Positions 49,759-60,078 of a stretch of DNA of 64,000 nucleotides are shown piece after piece; within the stretch, counting starts at the first letter, position 1; each line of letters opens with the position of its first letter. The notes below the pieces were generated by a model that was not told the origin of the DNA, made no database searches, and was given only the letters and a program-made list of their open reading frames with translations. The stretch lies in assembly GCA_963668025.2 (NCBI GenBank), contig CAXXTH010000006.1, forward strand, positions 32,001 through 96,000. Direction: 5' to 3'. A program made the translations under genes and the position numbers. This DNA comes from Candidatus Hydrogenedentota bacterium (GTDB lineage Bacteria > Hydrogenedentota > Hydrogenedentia > Hydrogenedentales > SLHB01).

Positions 49759-51423
49759 TCAAGTTTTTTTATCCGCCAGGCTGCGCGGCCGGAGCACGCA
49801 GCGGAATCCTAGTGTGTTGGCCCGGGTCTCGGTGAAAAGCCCGCGCCGGTGGCTGGCGCGCAAGGTGTCAGCGCCGGAGTGCCAGCAGCCCCCCCGAATG
49901 ACGCGCCTTGCGGGAGCGGAAGATGCGCCGCCAGGTTCGGCAAACGGGGAAGCCGTCCATTCATATACGTTTCCCGCAAGGTCGTGTATGTGCTCCGGCG
50001 TGGCGCCATCTTCATGCATGCCCACAATAGAAGGCATATTCAGATGGTCTCCGAAATTGGCGCGGGTGGGATCGGGCTCCACAGTTCCCCAAGGATATAA
50101 GCGGCCTTCCCGCCCTCTTGCGGCGAATTCCCATTCCTCCTCGAGCGGCAGTTCTTTTCCTGCCCAATGGGCATACGCATGAGCCTCTTCCCACGAAACC
50201 CCTACTATGGGCTGCTGCGCGCCCATGAATTGAGGATGATCCCAATACCGGGGCTTGGGGCTTCCTGTGTCTTCGACAAAGGCCATGTACTGGCTGACCG
50301 TTACGGGATATATGTCTATGTAAAAAGGTTCAATATGGAGTTCCCGCTCGGGCGCTGCCTCGGCAAACTCGTTGCTGCCCATGATAAAGCTGCCGCCTTC
50401 GAGATAAACCATCCCCTTCGTGGAGGCTTTGCGCCCGCCGGTTTCAATTGAAGAGGCGGCTTGGGGGGCGTATGAATCCCGGTATGCCTGAAGCAGCGAG
50501 TCCCGGAACGCGCCAGCAGAAGGCCATCGGTTTTCACGGTCTTCTTGCAAGGCCTTATCGAGCGCCGCCATGATGGAAGGGGCTACATCGTCCCGTATTT
50601 GCGCCCAGTCGCAGGGCGGATCCACCGGCGTGTGCAGAGTTAGCAATTCACGCAGCAGCAAGCCCGATGCATATATATCCGCGCGCAAATCGACCGGTTG
50701 GTACCGGATTTGTTCGGGCGCGGCATATTCCTTTGTTCCCACCACTCTTTTCTCTTTCCGGTCGGAATGGCGGATTTTTTCTTCTTCATCCACTGCTTTG
50801 GCCAGGCCGAAATCGAGCACCTTCACCCGCTCTCCCGGAAGGACAAGTACATTTTCCGGCTTCATATCACGATGTATGACCGTTTTGTGGGCATATTCGA
50901 GTGCCGATAAGATTTGCTCCAGGATGCTGACGCAATAGCGCACGGGGAGATAGCGTTGGTTTTTACGGCTTTCACGGATAATGGCCCGTAGAGGCCGCCC
51001 TTCGATGAGTTCCATGGTGAGGTATAAAATGCCGTCGCTGGTCCTATCGACATCATGGACGGCTACAATGTGGTCATGGCGAAGGCGGCGCGCTACTTGG
51101 GCTTCCCGGATAAACATGCGCTGCCCTTGGGGAGTGCGAAGGAGCTTAGGTTTCATGAATTTGAGCGCCACCCGTTCGCCCACGAGTTGGTCATGGGCGC
51201 TATAGACGACCCCCATTCCGCCCGCGCCTAGCCGTTCGATGATTTCGTAGCGGTTTGCCACTTGATCGCCCGCTTGAAACACCAATTCAGCATCAAGCAC
51301 CCGGGGAGTATTGACAGGCACCACCAACGGCGCGCCGCACCCAAAGCAAATGCCGCGGGCGCCTTGAACCGTAGGTGGAACCATGATCCGAAGACCACAT
51401 TGTGCGCAGGTAACCTGTATCAT
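49759..51423 (-). CDS. Zn-ribbon Ser/Thr protein kinase with a C-terminal FGE-sulfatase (SUMF1) domain
   Basis: CAQC..CFGC; LGAGGMGVVY; HRDMKPEN; DFGLA; EWEFAARG; GNVYEW; RGGCW; GFRC. Confidence 0.92.
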   Translation of the reverse strand: MIQVTCAQCGLRIMVPPTVQGARGICFGCGAPLVVPVNTPRVLDAELVFQAGDQVANRYEIIERLGAGGMGVVYSAHDQLVGERVALKFMKPKLLRTPQGQRMFIREAQVARRLRHDHIVAVHDVDRTSDGILYLTMELIEGRPLRAIIRESRKNQRYLPVRYCVSILEQILSALEYAHKTVIHRDMKPENVLVLPGERVKVLDFGLAKAVDEEEKIRHSDRKEKRVVGTKEYAAPEQIRYQPVDLRADIYASGLLLRELLTLHTPVDPPCDWAQIRDDVAPSIMAALDKALQEDRENRWPSAGAFRDSLLQAYRDSYAPQAASSIETGGRKASTKGMVYLEGGSFIMGSNEFAEAAPERELHIEPFYIDIYPVTVSQYMAFVEDTGSPKPRYWDHPQFMGAQQPIVGVSWEEAHAYAHWAGKELPLEEEWEFAARGREGRLYPWGTVEPDPTRANFGDHLNMPSIVGMHEDGATPEHIHDLAGNVYEWTASPFAEPGGASSAPARRVIRGGCWHSGADTLRASHRRGLFTETRANTLGFRCVLRPRSLADKKT

Positions 51424-51574
51424 GTGATAAGGATATGATAGCATGCCGGTAATTCTGTTGACAATGGGAATCAAAGCGGCTAAACACTATGTATCGCCAT
51501 GTATGCAACATGACCAATCGCAATATCTTAGGCTTGCTTTGCGCGCGATTGAACCGGCGGGAAGGCGTTTCGTC

Positions 51575-54500
51575 ATGCGAATCGGGTTATATGCCGGAAT
51601 AGCCGTGCTGGCCGTGCTTTTTTCCTCCATGCCTGCATGGGGAAACGATGAGGTATCTAGCCGCTCGCAAGCCTTTCAAATTGCTACACCCGAGGATAAT
51701 GGACGCATCTTTTTCCAGTTAGGCGCTCAAAGCGTGCCGCTGTCAATCGCCGTAGACGCATTCGCCCCCTTGCCTCCAGGCGTATTGGAGTTTTCTGTAG
51801 ACGATAACGCAACGGTTCCGATACCTGGCTTGCCGCCTGCCGCGGAGTTTGCCGATCTCACTTTGCTGGCGGAACAGGTCCAGCATCGAATTGCCGCAGA
51901 ACTGCGTGTAATGGACGCGGCGGAAGCGCTGTATGCGGACTCCGCCATGTTTGAGGTGGTGCAAGTGGACGCCGACAGCAACCAGGATGGTTTCCTGGAT
52001 GATCCTTTCGCCCTGGCGCTTACAGAGTGCGATTTATGGCGGGCCTCGGGCGGTTCCGTGGCGGCCCCGGTGCGCGATGTGGTTATGGCGGGATTAAGCG
52101 CCTCACGGTCCGCCCGTGGCGGCCTGTTGCTTGCGGTTCAACTCCATCTCGCGGATAAAGCCCGCGCATGGCTGCGCGCACCCAGTGGATTGCTCGATAC
52201 AGGCGAGCAAGGTGTTGTCGTGTTCGCGGGAGCGTCTTCACCGGAAGCGCTGCCGGGAGCGGAGCCGCCCGCATCGCCGTATTTTACCTTAATGTCTGAT
52301 GGGCCCTATGTGTATGTGGATGTGCTGGTGAGTGCGGATGGCGGCCGGACCTTTCAATCCATAGACCCCGCCCGGTTGGCCGTGAATCCGTTATTGCTGC
52401 GTATGGAAGGCCTCCATCCGCCTGCTGGGCAAGACATCCGGTTTGCCCAAATAAAGACAATTGCCGAAGATGCCGACGCGGGGCCGGGGGTGATGTTTCA
52501 TGCCCGGCTGGATGCTGTTTCCACGTGGGCCTTGTCCGCGAAAGGCTCCCGAATGGATGGAAACGCCATCGAGGGATTGCTGTCCGAAGCGGGATTAATA
52601 ACCCTTGCCCAAGCGCGAGATACGCTACGCATCCGAAGCGTGGTGAATCCTGCGTCTGGAGACGCATCCGATTTCTGCATTGGCGGGGGCGTTGTGCGGA
52701 TCGTTCTCGAACATGCCCCTGCCGGGGCATCAATACAGGCGGCTATAGACGGCCAGGCGGCAGAAGTAGTGAAGGTCGAAAATGGGCCTACGGCGACCTG
52801 CTTGGTGCGGACGCCGCGCGCGAAGCCGCTGGCCGTTCCTCAACAGGAACGCCTGGTGGATGTTCAAGTTTGGGACGGCAACGCTCCGAACAATACGGAC
52901 ACCCTAGCCAATGGATTTCGTTATAAAGCCCCCCGCTTGGATGGCGTCACGCCTGGCGCAGGCCCGGCGCAAGGCGGCACTCCCATCGAAGTGCGCGGCG
53001 AAGGATTCGATATGAAAGGCATATCGGCCCGGCTGGGCTCCGCGCCGCTGCTAGATGCGCGGAATGCCACCGGGCAAGGCATTCAATGGGTTACACCAGA
53101 AGGCGCGGCAGGGCCCGTCTCCCTTGGAATAATAACGGAAAACGGCTTTCTGGCCGTGCTGCCGAATGCCTTTCAATACCAGCCGTGCGCCCCAGAACCT
53201 CAAACCGTGTGGCCGGAGTCCGTTCCCATTCCGGGAGGATACACCATCCGCATGTACATGAAAGCTTCCGAATCCGCCCCGTTGAATCAAAATGTGGCCG
53301 TCTATTTCGCACGCGACCCAGAACATCCGGAACCCAGCCGCGATATCCGAGCGGAATCCGTGTCTGTTTTGGGAACCACTATGCTCTATGCTCGAACTCC
53401 CGAAGTAGAGCATCCGTTCCAATCCGCCGTGTATCTTGCGCTTGAACAAGGAAATGAAGCGGCTTGCGCTGTCTCAAAGGCGCTGCCGTTCTCCTTCCAA
53501 GCTGCGGCGGATATGCAAGTGGAGCATGTCCAGCCCAAAGAAGGCCCTATGAGCGGCGGAGGAGTGGTCCGTATTACCGTGCGAGGAATCACATATGCGG
53601 AAAATGAACCGCCGCCACGCGTATGGATAGGTGCTTGCGAAGCGGTTGTGCAGCATGCCACGCCAAGCAGCGGCTCTTGGTTTTTCCTGGATGTAATGGC
53701 TCCGGCGGGAGAGCATCCTAATGTAGCTTCCGATGTGCGCGTGATGAACGCCAGCGGCGAGTATGCGGTTCTTCCAGAGGCCTATATGTATAAGAATGAT
53801 GGAACTCCCTACCTGCTGGGAATCGAGCCCAATTGCGCATGGGTCTTTGGAGGGGCGGTTTTACACATTACAGGCAAGTTTCTGCAAGCAGCGAATGGAC
53901 AGCGGCCGCAGGTTTTCATCGGAGGCTCCGAAGCGCATTATCCCCCGGATGACGAGAATTTTGCTTCATCCGCGGAGGAACTGCATATTCTAGCGCCGCC
54001 GTATACAGGGGAGTTTTTGCCTGGCCAGGACCGGGTGGCGGCGCCGGTGCGCGTGGTGGGGGCAGATGGAAAGGCGTTTGAATGTGCGGATACATTCGAG
54101 TATGTGCGCCAGCAGCGCCGCGTGGACACCGCGCCTGGCGGAGGAGCTGTTGCTTCCGTGCAGGGCGAAGTGTCGGCGGCGGCCCTGTATTGCCGCACCA
54201 TGGATGAACCGCAGGAATTTCGTATGCCACTTGGCGAAGGCCAGAATGTGGAGGCGGCCCTGCTGCGCATCCCAGCGTCAAGCGGGTTCCGGCACACGGA
54301 CTGCGGTATTTTGGTGCGTGCCACCCGCACGCCGCGCTTATTTGGGCTGGACGCTTTGGACGCTGGGCGCGAATGCGATGGATTATGGGCTTTTGACATC
54401 CACTTTTACGAAACCGCCTACCCATTTGAAGAAATATGGCCATTCCCGTTTTTGCCGGGAAAAACGCCCATCGAATTGCTGGTTCCCGTTCCCTACACAG

Positions 54501-55249
54501 ATAATGGCTCGCTTCTGCAAGCCTCGGAACTGCAATCGGGCGGCATATCATGCTTCCGTCTGGAAACAGCACTCGCCTATATGCCGTCAAGCTATGCGCA
54601 TATGAAAATAAAAACGGATCCTGCGGGGCGTCCACGGAGCACGTATGAATGGAATATAAGCGGCGGCGACGTGCTGCCTCAATTATCGCCCGCAAGCCCG
54701 CCCGGTTCCCGCATGGAAGTGGTGCGCATGCCACTGAGCGGGCCTGGCGCAGTGGCCCTTCGGCGTGATGCTTGGCCGCCCGAATCATTGCTGCGCGCTG
54801 CCCGTTACACGCTCTCCGCCAATGGCGATAAGCGCGGCGCGTATGAAGGGGGAGCTGTTGTGGCCATAGAGGGACGCGGCCTTGCCTGGCCTGAACGCAT
54901 CTTCTTTGGAGACATCCTGGCCTATGAGCGGGGGAAAAAACTGGACGAACGCCTGCTCATGTCTTCTGACACCATGTTGAAAGTGAAAGCGCCAGCCGCC
55001 GAACAGCGGGAACGCAATACCCCAGTGCCCCTTGCCATTGAGCTTCCACAAGGAAACCAAGGCTCCACCGTAAAGATAACCGTATCTGAGCCTTTTACTT
55101 ACGTCGCACTATCGCCGCCTGCACACTTGCGGTTATGGATATATGCCGTGGTGTCCAGCATAGCGGCGGCAACAGCGCTAGTAGGGATAGGCGGGCTCGT
55201 TTTTTGGCGCAAGAAATGCCGTTCTAACGGCGCGCATGAACGAAAATGA
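51575..55249 (+). CDS. Large surface protein with IPT/TIG repeats and a C-terminal TM anchor
   Basis: Signal peptide; repeated P..GP..GG...I.G motifs ending F.Y; C-terminal hydrophobic helix followed by RKK. Confidence 0.75.
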   Translation: MRIGLYAGIAVLAVLFSSMPAWGNDEVSSRSQAFQIATPEDNGRIFFQLGAQSVPLSIAVDAFAPLPPGVLEFSVDDNATVPIPGLPPAAEFADLTLLAEQVQHRIAAELRVMDAAEALYADSAMFEVVQVDADSNQDGFLDDPFALALTECDLWRASGGSVAAPVRDVVMAGLSASRSARGGLLLAVQLHLADKARAWLRAPSGLLDTGEQGVVVFAGASSPEALPGAEPPASPYFTLMSDGPYVYVDVLVSADGGRTFQSIDPARLAVNPLLLRMEGLHPPAGQDIRFAQIKTIAEDADAGPGVMFHARLDAVSTWALSAKGSRMDGNAIEGLLSEAGLITLAQARDTLRIRSVVNPASGDASDFCIGGGVVRIVLEHAPAGASIQAAIDGQAAEVVKVENGPTATCLVRTPRAKPLAVPQQERLVDVQVWDGNAPNNTDTLANGFRYKAPRLDGVTPGAGPAQGGTPIEVRGEGFDMKGISARLGSAPLLDARNATGQGIQWVTPEGAAGPVSLGIITENGFLAVLPNAFQYQPCAPEPQTVWPESVPIPGGYTIRMYMKASESAPLNQNVAVYFARDPEHPEPSRDIRAESVSVLGTTMLYARTPEVEHPFQSAVYLALEQGNEAACAVSKALPFSFQAAADMQVEHVQPKEGPMSGGGVVRITVRGITYAENEPPPRVWIGACEAVVQHATPSSGSWFFLDVMAPAGEHPNVASDVRVMNASGEYAVLPEAYMYKNDGTPYLLGIEPNCAWVFGGAVLHITGKFLQAANGQRPQVFIGGSEAHYPPDDENFASSAEELHILAPPYTGEFLPGQDRVAAPVRVVGADGKAFECADTFEYVRQQRRVDTAPGGGAVASVQGEVSAAALYCRTMDEPQEFRMPLGEGQNVEAALLRIPASSGFRHTDCGILVRATRTPRLFGLDALDAGRECDGLWAFDIHFYETAYPFEEIWPFPFLPGKTPIELLVPVPYTDNGSLLQASELQSGGISCFRLETALAYMPSSYAHMKIKTDPAGRPRSTYEWNISGGDVLPQLSPASPPGSRMEVVRMPLSGPGAVALRRDAWPPESLLRAARYTLSANGDKRGAYEGGAVVAIEGRGLAWPERIFFGDILAYERGKKLDERLLMSSDTMLKVKAPAAEQRERNTPVPLAIELPQGNQGSTVKITVSEPFTYVALSPPAHLRLWIYAVVSSIAAATALVGIGGLVFWRKKCRSNGAHERK

Positions 55250-55471
55250 ATCTTGTGCGTGCTTTTCCGTGAAATCGACATTCCGTGAAATCGAAATTGA
55301 CAATGGCCTAGGCGGCTGGCTATGGTCATGCCGATTATTCCAGATTGTAACCGTCTCGAAAATGCGGTTGAAAAGAGGAACGCGGCGGCATGCTATATCC
55401 ATGAATGTTGAGATCAAAGAACAGGATCGCTGCCTGAAGTGATGTAGAAGAAAACAGATGAAAGCCGGAAT

Positions 55472-56479
55472 ATGCCCAAAGTGAAACCGCTTGATACATA
55501 TATACCCAAGAAAAAACGCCTGTTCCTTGGCGCATTTATTCTTGCCGCAGTGCTTGCGGGATGGTATTTCGGATATGCATTGACCCTGATAGCGCTGGTG
55601 CTTCTTTTTATCTTGCTTGGAACACTCTATGGCCTTCGCTATGCCTTGGCCCACGCGGGATTAAGCCGATTGGCAGAGTATGCCCCAAAATATAGTTACC
55701 CCGTGCTGCTCAAGGCGGCGCAAGAGCAGCAAAAGGATCCGAATAACTTTACATTTGTCGTGCTCGGAGATAACCGAAACGTTCAAAAGACCGCAGTGAA
55801 GGTCTATGGCGAGGCGGCTAAAGAAGGTGCAGCGCTCATCTTTAACACGGGCGACATCGTCCGGCATGGCACCCCCCGGGAATACCTAAAAAACCATATC
55901 AAGCTACTTGAGATGGTTGAGCCTATTCCCGTTTTCTGCATCCCAGGCAACCATGAGCGCGGCGCGCGGCGCGATTTTGGGCCTTTCAAGGCATTATACG
56001 GAGCGGAGCGCTTTTCCTTCGATTATGGCGCATGCCGCTTCATTGGATTCAACAACGGCAAACGTTCACGCGTGGATGCGGATGACTTGGCGTTTGTCGA
56101 GCGCGAACTCGAGAAAAGCCCCGCTCCACCCTATAAATATGTTTTTCTCCACATTCCTCCACGCTACTTCGAGGACCATATCGTCATTGTGAACAAACGT
56201 AGAGGATACAAAAAATACGCCGGTGAGCTCCATAACCTCTTCATACGCCACGGAGTCAACGAAGTTTTCATGGGGCATATCCATGGCTACGTAAGCGAGA
56301 AAATCGACGGCGTCCGCTATACCCTGACCGCGGGGGCCGGCGCCCCCCTCAGCAAACGCCTACGGCCAGAATATCGATATCACAATTATGTGGTTGTCCA
56401 CATAAGCCCACAAGGAATACGACGTGAGGCCGTGCGGCTTAAAAATGGCCAATGGCAGCGAAGTGACGAACCCGTGTAG
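55472..56479 (+). CDS. Membrane-anchored calcineurin-like metallophosphoesterase
   Basis: GDNR; TGDIV; PGNHE; HIPP; GHIH. Confidence 0.9.
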   Translation: MPKVKPLDTYIPKKKRLFLGAFILAAVLAGWYFGYALTLIALVLLFILLGTLYGLRYALAHAGLSRLAEYAPKYSYPVLLKAAQEQQKDPNNFTFVVLGDNRNVQKTAVKVYGEAAKEGAALIFNTGDIVRHGTPREYLKNHIKLLEMVEPIPVFCIPGNHERGARRDFGPFKALYGAERFSFDYGACRFIGFNNGKRSRVDADDLAFVERELEKSPAPPYKYVFLHIPPRYFEDHIVIVNKRRGYKKYAGELHNLFIRHGVNEVFMGHIHGYVSEKIDGVRYTLTAGAGAPLSKRLRPEYRYHNYVVVHISPQGIRREAVRLKNGQWQRSDEPV

Positions 56480-56541
56480 ATAAGCCTGAACGTAATGTGG
56501 CGTCCGCCTATTCAAACATGCTAAGATATCATTTCAATTTT

Positions 56542-56619
56542 CGGGGCGTAGCGCAGCCCGGTTAGCGCGCCTGCTTTGGGAGCAGGAGGCCGAGAGTTCA
56601 AATCTCTCCGCCCCGACCA
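56542..56619 (+). tRNA. tRNA-Pro(TGG)
   Basis: CGGGGCG acceptor stem; anticodon stem CCTGC/GCAGG with loop TTTGGGA; GTTCAAATC; CCA. Confidence 0.96.
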
Positions 56620-56871
56620 TTTAAAGCCTTTAACCCCAATGACTTATGGAAATGGGTTCTTGGGGCTTTTTCTTTGGCCCCGCTTTTGTATCCCGCTTGT
56701 ATCCCGGTGGGCTTCTTTTCGGGCGGTTTCGGCGCTGTATGGCCGGGCAGTGATGGCGGGCAGTTTGGTGATGGCCAGCATGGGCGTGGCGGGGCACCTC
56801 GGGCATGCTCGAACTGTCCTGGTTTCCCGGAGCAATCCCGCAATCGTGAAAATCTTTAGTATTAGCGGTCG

Positions 56872-57090
56872 TTATACTTCCGCAATGACCCCGTCGTCTG
56901 ATACCTCGAACAGCGCCATGCCCTGTCGTCCGGCTTTATCCGCTCCGTGCAGGTACACCCGTAGCCCCTTTTCAGTGGGCCTCGTGCATATAGCGAAGAC
57001 TCGAGTCCAGTTATAGCGATACTGAGCCACAGTGGACGCGGCATAAGCGCACTCAGGAATGCTGCCATCGTATCGAGGATAAGCTCTCAT
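56872..57090 (-). CDS. Small hypothetical protein
   Basis: ATG after GGAG; 72 aa; same orientation as the island genes. Confidence 0.4.
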   Translation of the reverse strand: MRAYPRYDGSIPECAYAASTVAQYRYNWTRVFAICTRPTEKGLRVYLHGADKAGRQGMALFEVSDDGVIAEV

Positions 57091-57376
57091 GTTCGTCTCC
57101 GTTAGGAATCATAGCATGGGACAGGTCACTTGCCACGCATGGTAGAACGATTGATGCCATGGAACAAGCGCTCAGCGTGAAGCCTGGTTTACATGTGGGA
57201 TGCTTGACGGTGTCGTCGCTTATGTCATGGCGGCCGGGCGGCGGTGCGATGATGTATGTGCGCGTGCGTGCAAGGGGGGGTGGCAGGGGGGATCAGCGAC
57301 ACCCCACTGTATAGCGTTAGACCCCTGCTCGAAAATTCTGGTGAAAACGGGAACTGTGCCATGCTCGGGGTACAGT

Positions 57377-57943
57377 TTAGAATGTGGGTGGTGGCTCACC
57401 GAAAAGACCCAGATAATCCCCGCGAAATCCGGCAGGGATGTCCTTTTCGTATTGCCAATAGGCAACAATTTGATGCACTCGGTTCATGTCGATGTGGTGG
57501 GAGTCGAGCATCAAACGCATGAGCGCCAGTGTGTTCATAGCTTCGAGTTCATAGTCCCCTGCCAACTTGAGCATATCCTGATCGTCCGTCACTACCGGTA
57601 TGCCGAGTGTGTAAGCTGTAGCCAGAGCGCGAACATCAACAGGAGACACGCGAAGCCCTTCAGTACGTGCATGATTTGACATATAATCGTAGATTCCACG
57701 TATTTCTTTACGCTGTTGGCGAGACAAAGGCAGAGGTATCTTACGATTCGCAACGTACTCAGTATTATCTACCCAATGGAACTTGCGACGCAACCGGGGA
57801 TTCCTGCTGAACTCGGTTTCAAAGTCAGAGATGACATACAGGCAATAGCAATTTTGACCAAACTGTTGGCCTAATAAGGGGTGAACGCTTCTAGCTAAAC
57901 GGAAGTAGGCGTTGCTATCGAGGAGAATCGAGGTCCGCGCCAT
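57377..57943 (-). CDS. PIN-domain protein (putative toxin)
   Basis: ILLDSNA; SPVDVRALATA...VVTDD acidic PIN residues; coupled to the upstream gene. Confidence 0.8.
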   Translation of the reverse strand: MARTSILLDSNAYFRLARSVHPLLGQQFGQNCYCLYVISDFETEFSRNPRLRRKFHWVDNTEYVANRKIPLPLSRQQRKEIRGIYDYMSNHARTEGLRVSPVDVRALATAYTLGIPVVTDDQDMLKLAGDYELEAMNTLALMRLMLDSHHIDMNRVHQIVAYWQYEKDIPAGFRGDYLGLFGEPPPTF

Positions 57944-59071
57944 TCATCGCAACTCCTCGATCACCCCTTTGGCATCTAGAAGCGGGAGTTGCAGAACTGT
58001 TTCCACAAATCCGGTAGAGACATCCGTCTTCTGTATGTGCTTCTTTAACACATCGAAGAAAGGACTTTGAAACATATCACGCGCCACGTCCATATACTCT
58101 TTCGGAGTCGGCGGAAGCTGACGGAACAACATCTCGCTGACGCTCGTGAACTCTTTATTGAAGTTGGTGGACGCGGCATGAATGGACTGTCCTGCATCCA
58201 CACAGTCTAGGGCGTGCGCTCGAGCATATGCTTGCAGAGCTAAATTCACAGTTGTAGGGGAAATGCCAAATTCGCGCGCGATGTCTTTCAGGAGGTTGAT
58301 GCGGACACCCTCACTTCTTGCCTTGCTGACTTTCGCGTAAGCTGTGGCAGCACATGTTTCGGGAAAAAGAAGCGCTTGGGCAAACCCGTCCGCAAAGTCT
58401 TCCGCCTCATCATCCCGGAGCTCTGGAGCGTGTACATGGCCCAGTTCGTGCGCCATCCAGAATTTAAAGTCGTGGATGTTGCTGTCCAAATTCAGATACA
58501 CCCAGGTCGTCATCGACTCCGGCAAGTAGATATGCAGTGCATTTTCGTGATGCTCTTTGTGGCCCCAGAGCACCGGAACGATTACTGTATTCAGAGAGGT
58601 GAATCGGCCTATTAGGTCACGGAACTGCACGGGACCGTCCTGGCTTACTCCAATGTCTTTGCGAATCCTGCTGGCAACACGCTGTAAGTACTCGTATTCG
58701 TTGAGCGGTTCACGCAGTGTCGCCGGACGTGCAAGTGTATCGAAGGGGAGAAAAGGAGCGAGCGCACCAAGCAGAACACCCATGTGTTTTGCTCGTTTCA
58801 CATGTTCTGCTGTCGTCTTGTGTCCACCTTTGCGCCGGAATGCGATTACAGGTTCCATGGGGTCATGGTGTTCGATGACGAGTTGCTGGAAGCTCAGCTC
58901 CAGCAGCATGCCTAGCTTGAGTAGTTTGTCCGGACGCGGGAAATCCTCACAGGAGAACCATTTCGTTACAGCGGTGCGGCTCACTTCAATCTGTTTTGAT
59001 AGACTGGCCTGATTCAAACCATGTGCCTGCATGGCTTGCTGTAGATTCTGGATGTTAAGCACTTTTTTCAT
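57944..59071 (-). CDS. XRE-HTH + ImmA/IrrE (M78) zinc metallopeptidase
   Basis: N-terminal HTH (LNQASLSKQIEVSRTAVTKW); VIAFRR; HEXXH (AHELGH); EDFADGFAQALLFP. Confidence 0.88.
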   Translation of the reverse strand: MKKVLNIQNLQQAMQAHGLNQASLSKQIEVSRTAVTKWFSCEDFPRPDKLLKLGMLLELSFQQLVIEHHDPMEPVIAFRRKGGHKTTAEHVKRAKHMGVLLGALAPFLPFDTLARPATLREPLNEYEYLQRVASRIRKDIGVSQDGPVQFRDLIGRFTSLNTVIVPVLWGHKEHHENALHIYLPESMTTWVYLNLDSNIHDFKFWMAHELGHVHAPELRDDEAEDFADGFAQALLFPETCAATAYAKVSKARSEGVRINLLKDIAREFGISPTTVNLALQAYARAHALDCVDAGQSIHAASTNFNKEFTSVSEMLFRQLPPTPKEYMDVARDMFQSPFFDVLKKHIQKTDVSTGFVETVLQLPLLDAKGVIEELR

Positions 59072-59321
59072 GATTCAAGCCTATCAGTAATGTAAAGTTT
59101 TGTCAACTTTATTCTTGGGAGATATTAGGTGCTATTCGAATCGATGGGTGCAACCGGTATCTGGCTGGTGGAGAGAGGAGAGGTGGGTGTGAACACGTGG
59201 CGCGCTTCGCAGGATGCCCGTAGAGCAACGCGGGCGGTTTAGCAGTATGAATGGATGACTTGATGGCAGATCGTAGCAGGGCGGCCAGCACGTAAACGAA
59301 TTCGCGGGGTTCCGGGGCATG

Positions 59322-59651
59322 TCAGGCACCGGGATCGGCGGGGGTGTCCTGGGTGCGGGGCGTGAAGTTCACGCAGGTCTCGCATTTGCTGCATACCGGC
59401 GGCATGAGTCCGGCGCGGGCCAAGTCACCTATCACCGCTGCTTCGATGTACCGCCGCTCGATTTCCGCCGTGATGCGCTCGAGCTCGGCTTTTCCAGCGG
59501 GACGGCATAGGGCCACTGCGGCGGCCTGCACGTGGCCATATCCCGAAAGCTCGGCGGCCTGCTTGATGGTCATGCCCAACGCGCGATACATGGCCAGCAG
59601 GTGCAGCCTCGGGCTCGCTGGGGCGGGTTTATAGGGCGGTTTATTCGGCAT
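59322..59651 (-). CDS. HTH protein with a C-terminal CxxCxxC
   Basis: GMTIKQAAELSGYG; VCSKCETC; RBS GGAG. Confidence 0.6.
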   Translation of the reverse strand: MPNKPPYKPAPASPRLHLLAMYRALGMTIKQAAELSGYGHVQAAAVALCRPAGKAELERITAEIERRYIEAAVIGDLARAGLMPPVCSKCETCVNFTPRTQDTPADPGA

Positions 59652-60078
59652 GGTGGGTGTCTCCTTCCAATGCATCGCGCTTGATAGCCTCGATGCTCCT
59701 GCTATCGTACGGGTGATGTTCTTCCCCTGAGACCGTCGTTACACGGCTCCGCTTCTGAAGCATGCCTGAAGGGTGGCGGTCCAGCACCGTTTCCGCCGCT
59801 CGCAACCGCACGCTTGCCGGGGCGCTGGGGTCGTTCAAAATCGCCTCGATGACGGCCAGGGCTTGGCGGAGCATATCGTCAAGCTGCCCCATGCTCGAGA
59901 CCCTCAACATCAACGCGGAGTCTTCAAGCTGCCGCCGGTACTCGGCCACGGCGGGCTTTTCGCATATGGCGTCTATCTGCGCAACAGTCTTACCGGTCGC
60001 AGCGGCCACGGCGCGGCGATTGCCTCCGGTGGCGTATAACAGCCTGGCCACGTGTTTATGCCATGCGGCGGGCTTCAT
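59641..60078 (-). CDS. HTH / terminase-small-subunit-like protein
   Basis: N-terminal HTH; ASVRLRAAETVLDR motif; ATGA overlap with the upstream gene. Confidence 0.6.
   Translation of the reverse strand: MKPAAWHKHVARLLYATGGNRRAVAAATGKTVAQIDAICEKPAVAEYRRQLEDSALMLRVSSMGQLDDMLRQALAVIEAILNDPSAPASVRLRAAETVLDRHPSGMLQKRSRVTTVSGEEHHPYDSRSIEAIKRDALEGDTHHAE

Noticed and set aside
49257-49835. 192-aa plus-strand ORF
   Set aside because: Overlaps both flanking genes, spans an AT-rich promoter-like region, and shows no motif
49759-49900. DGR variable region in the FGE-sulfatase C-terminus
   Set aside because: No template-repeat copy differing at adenines was found in the window
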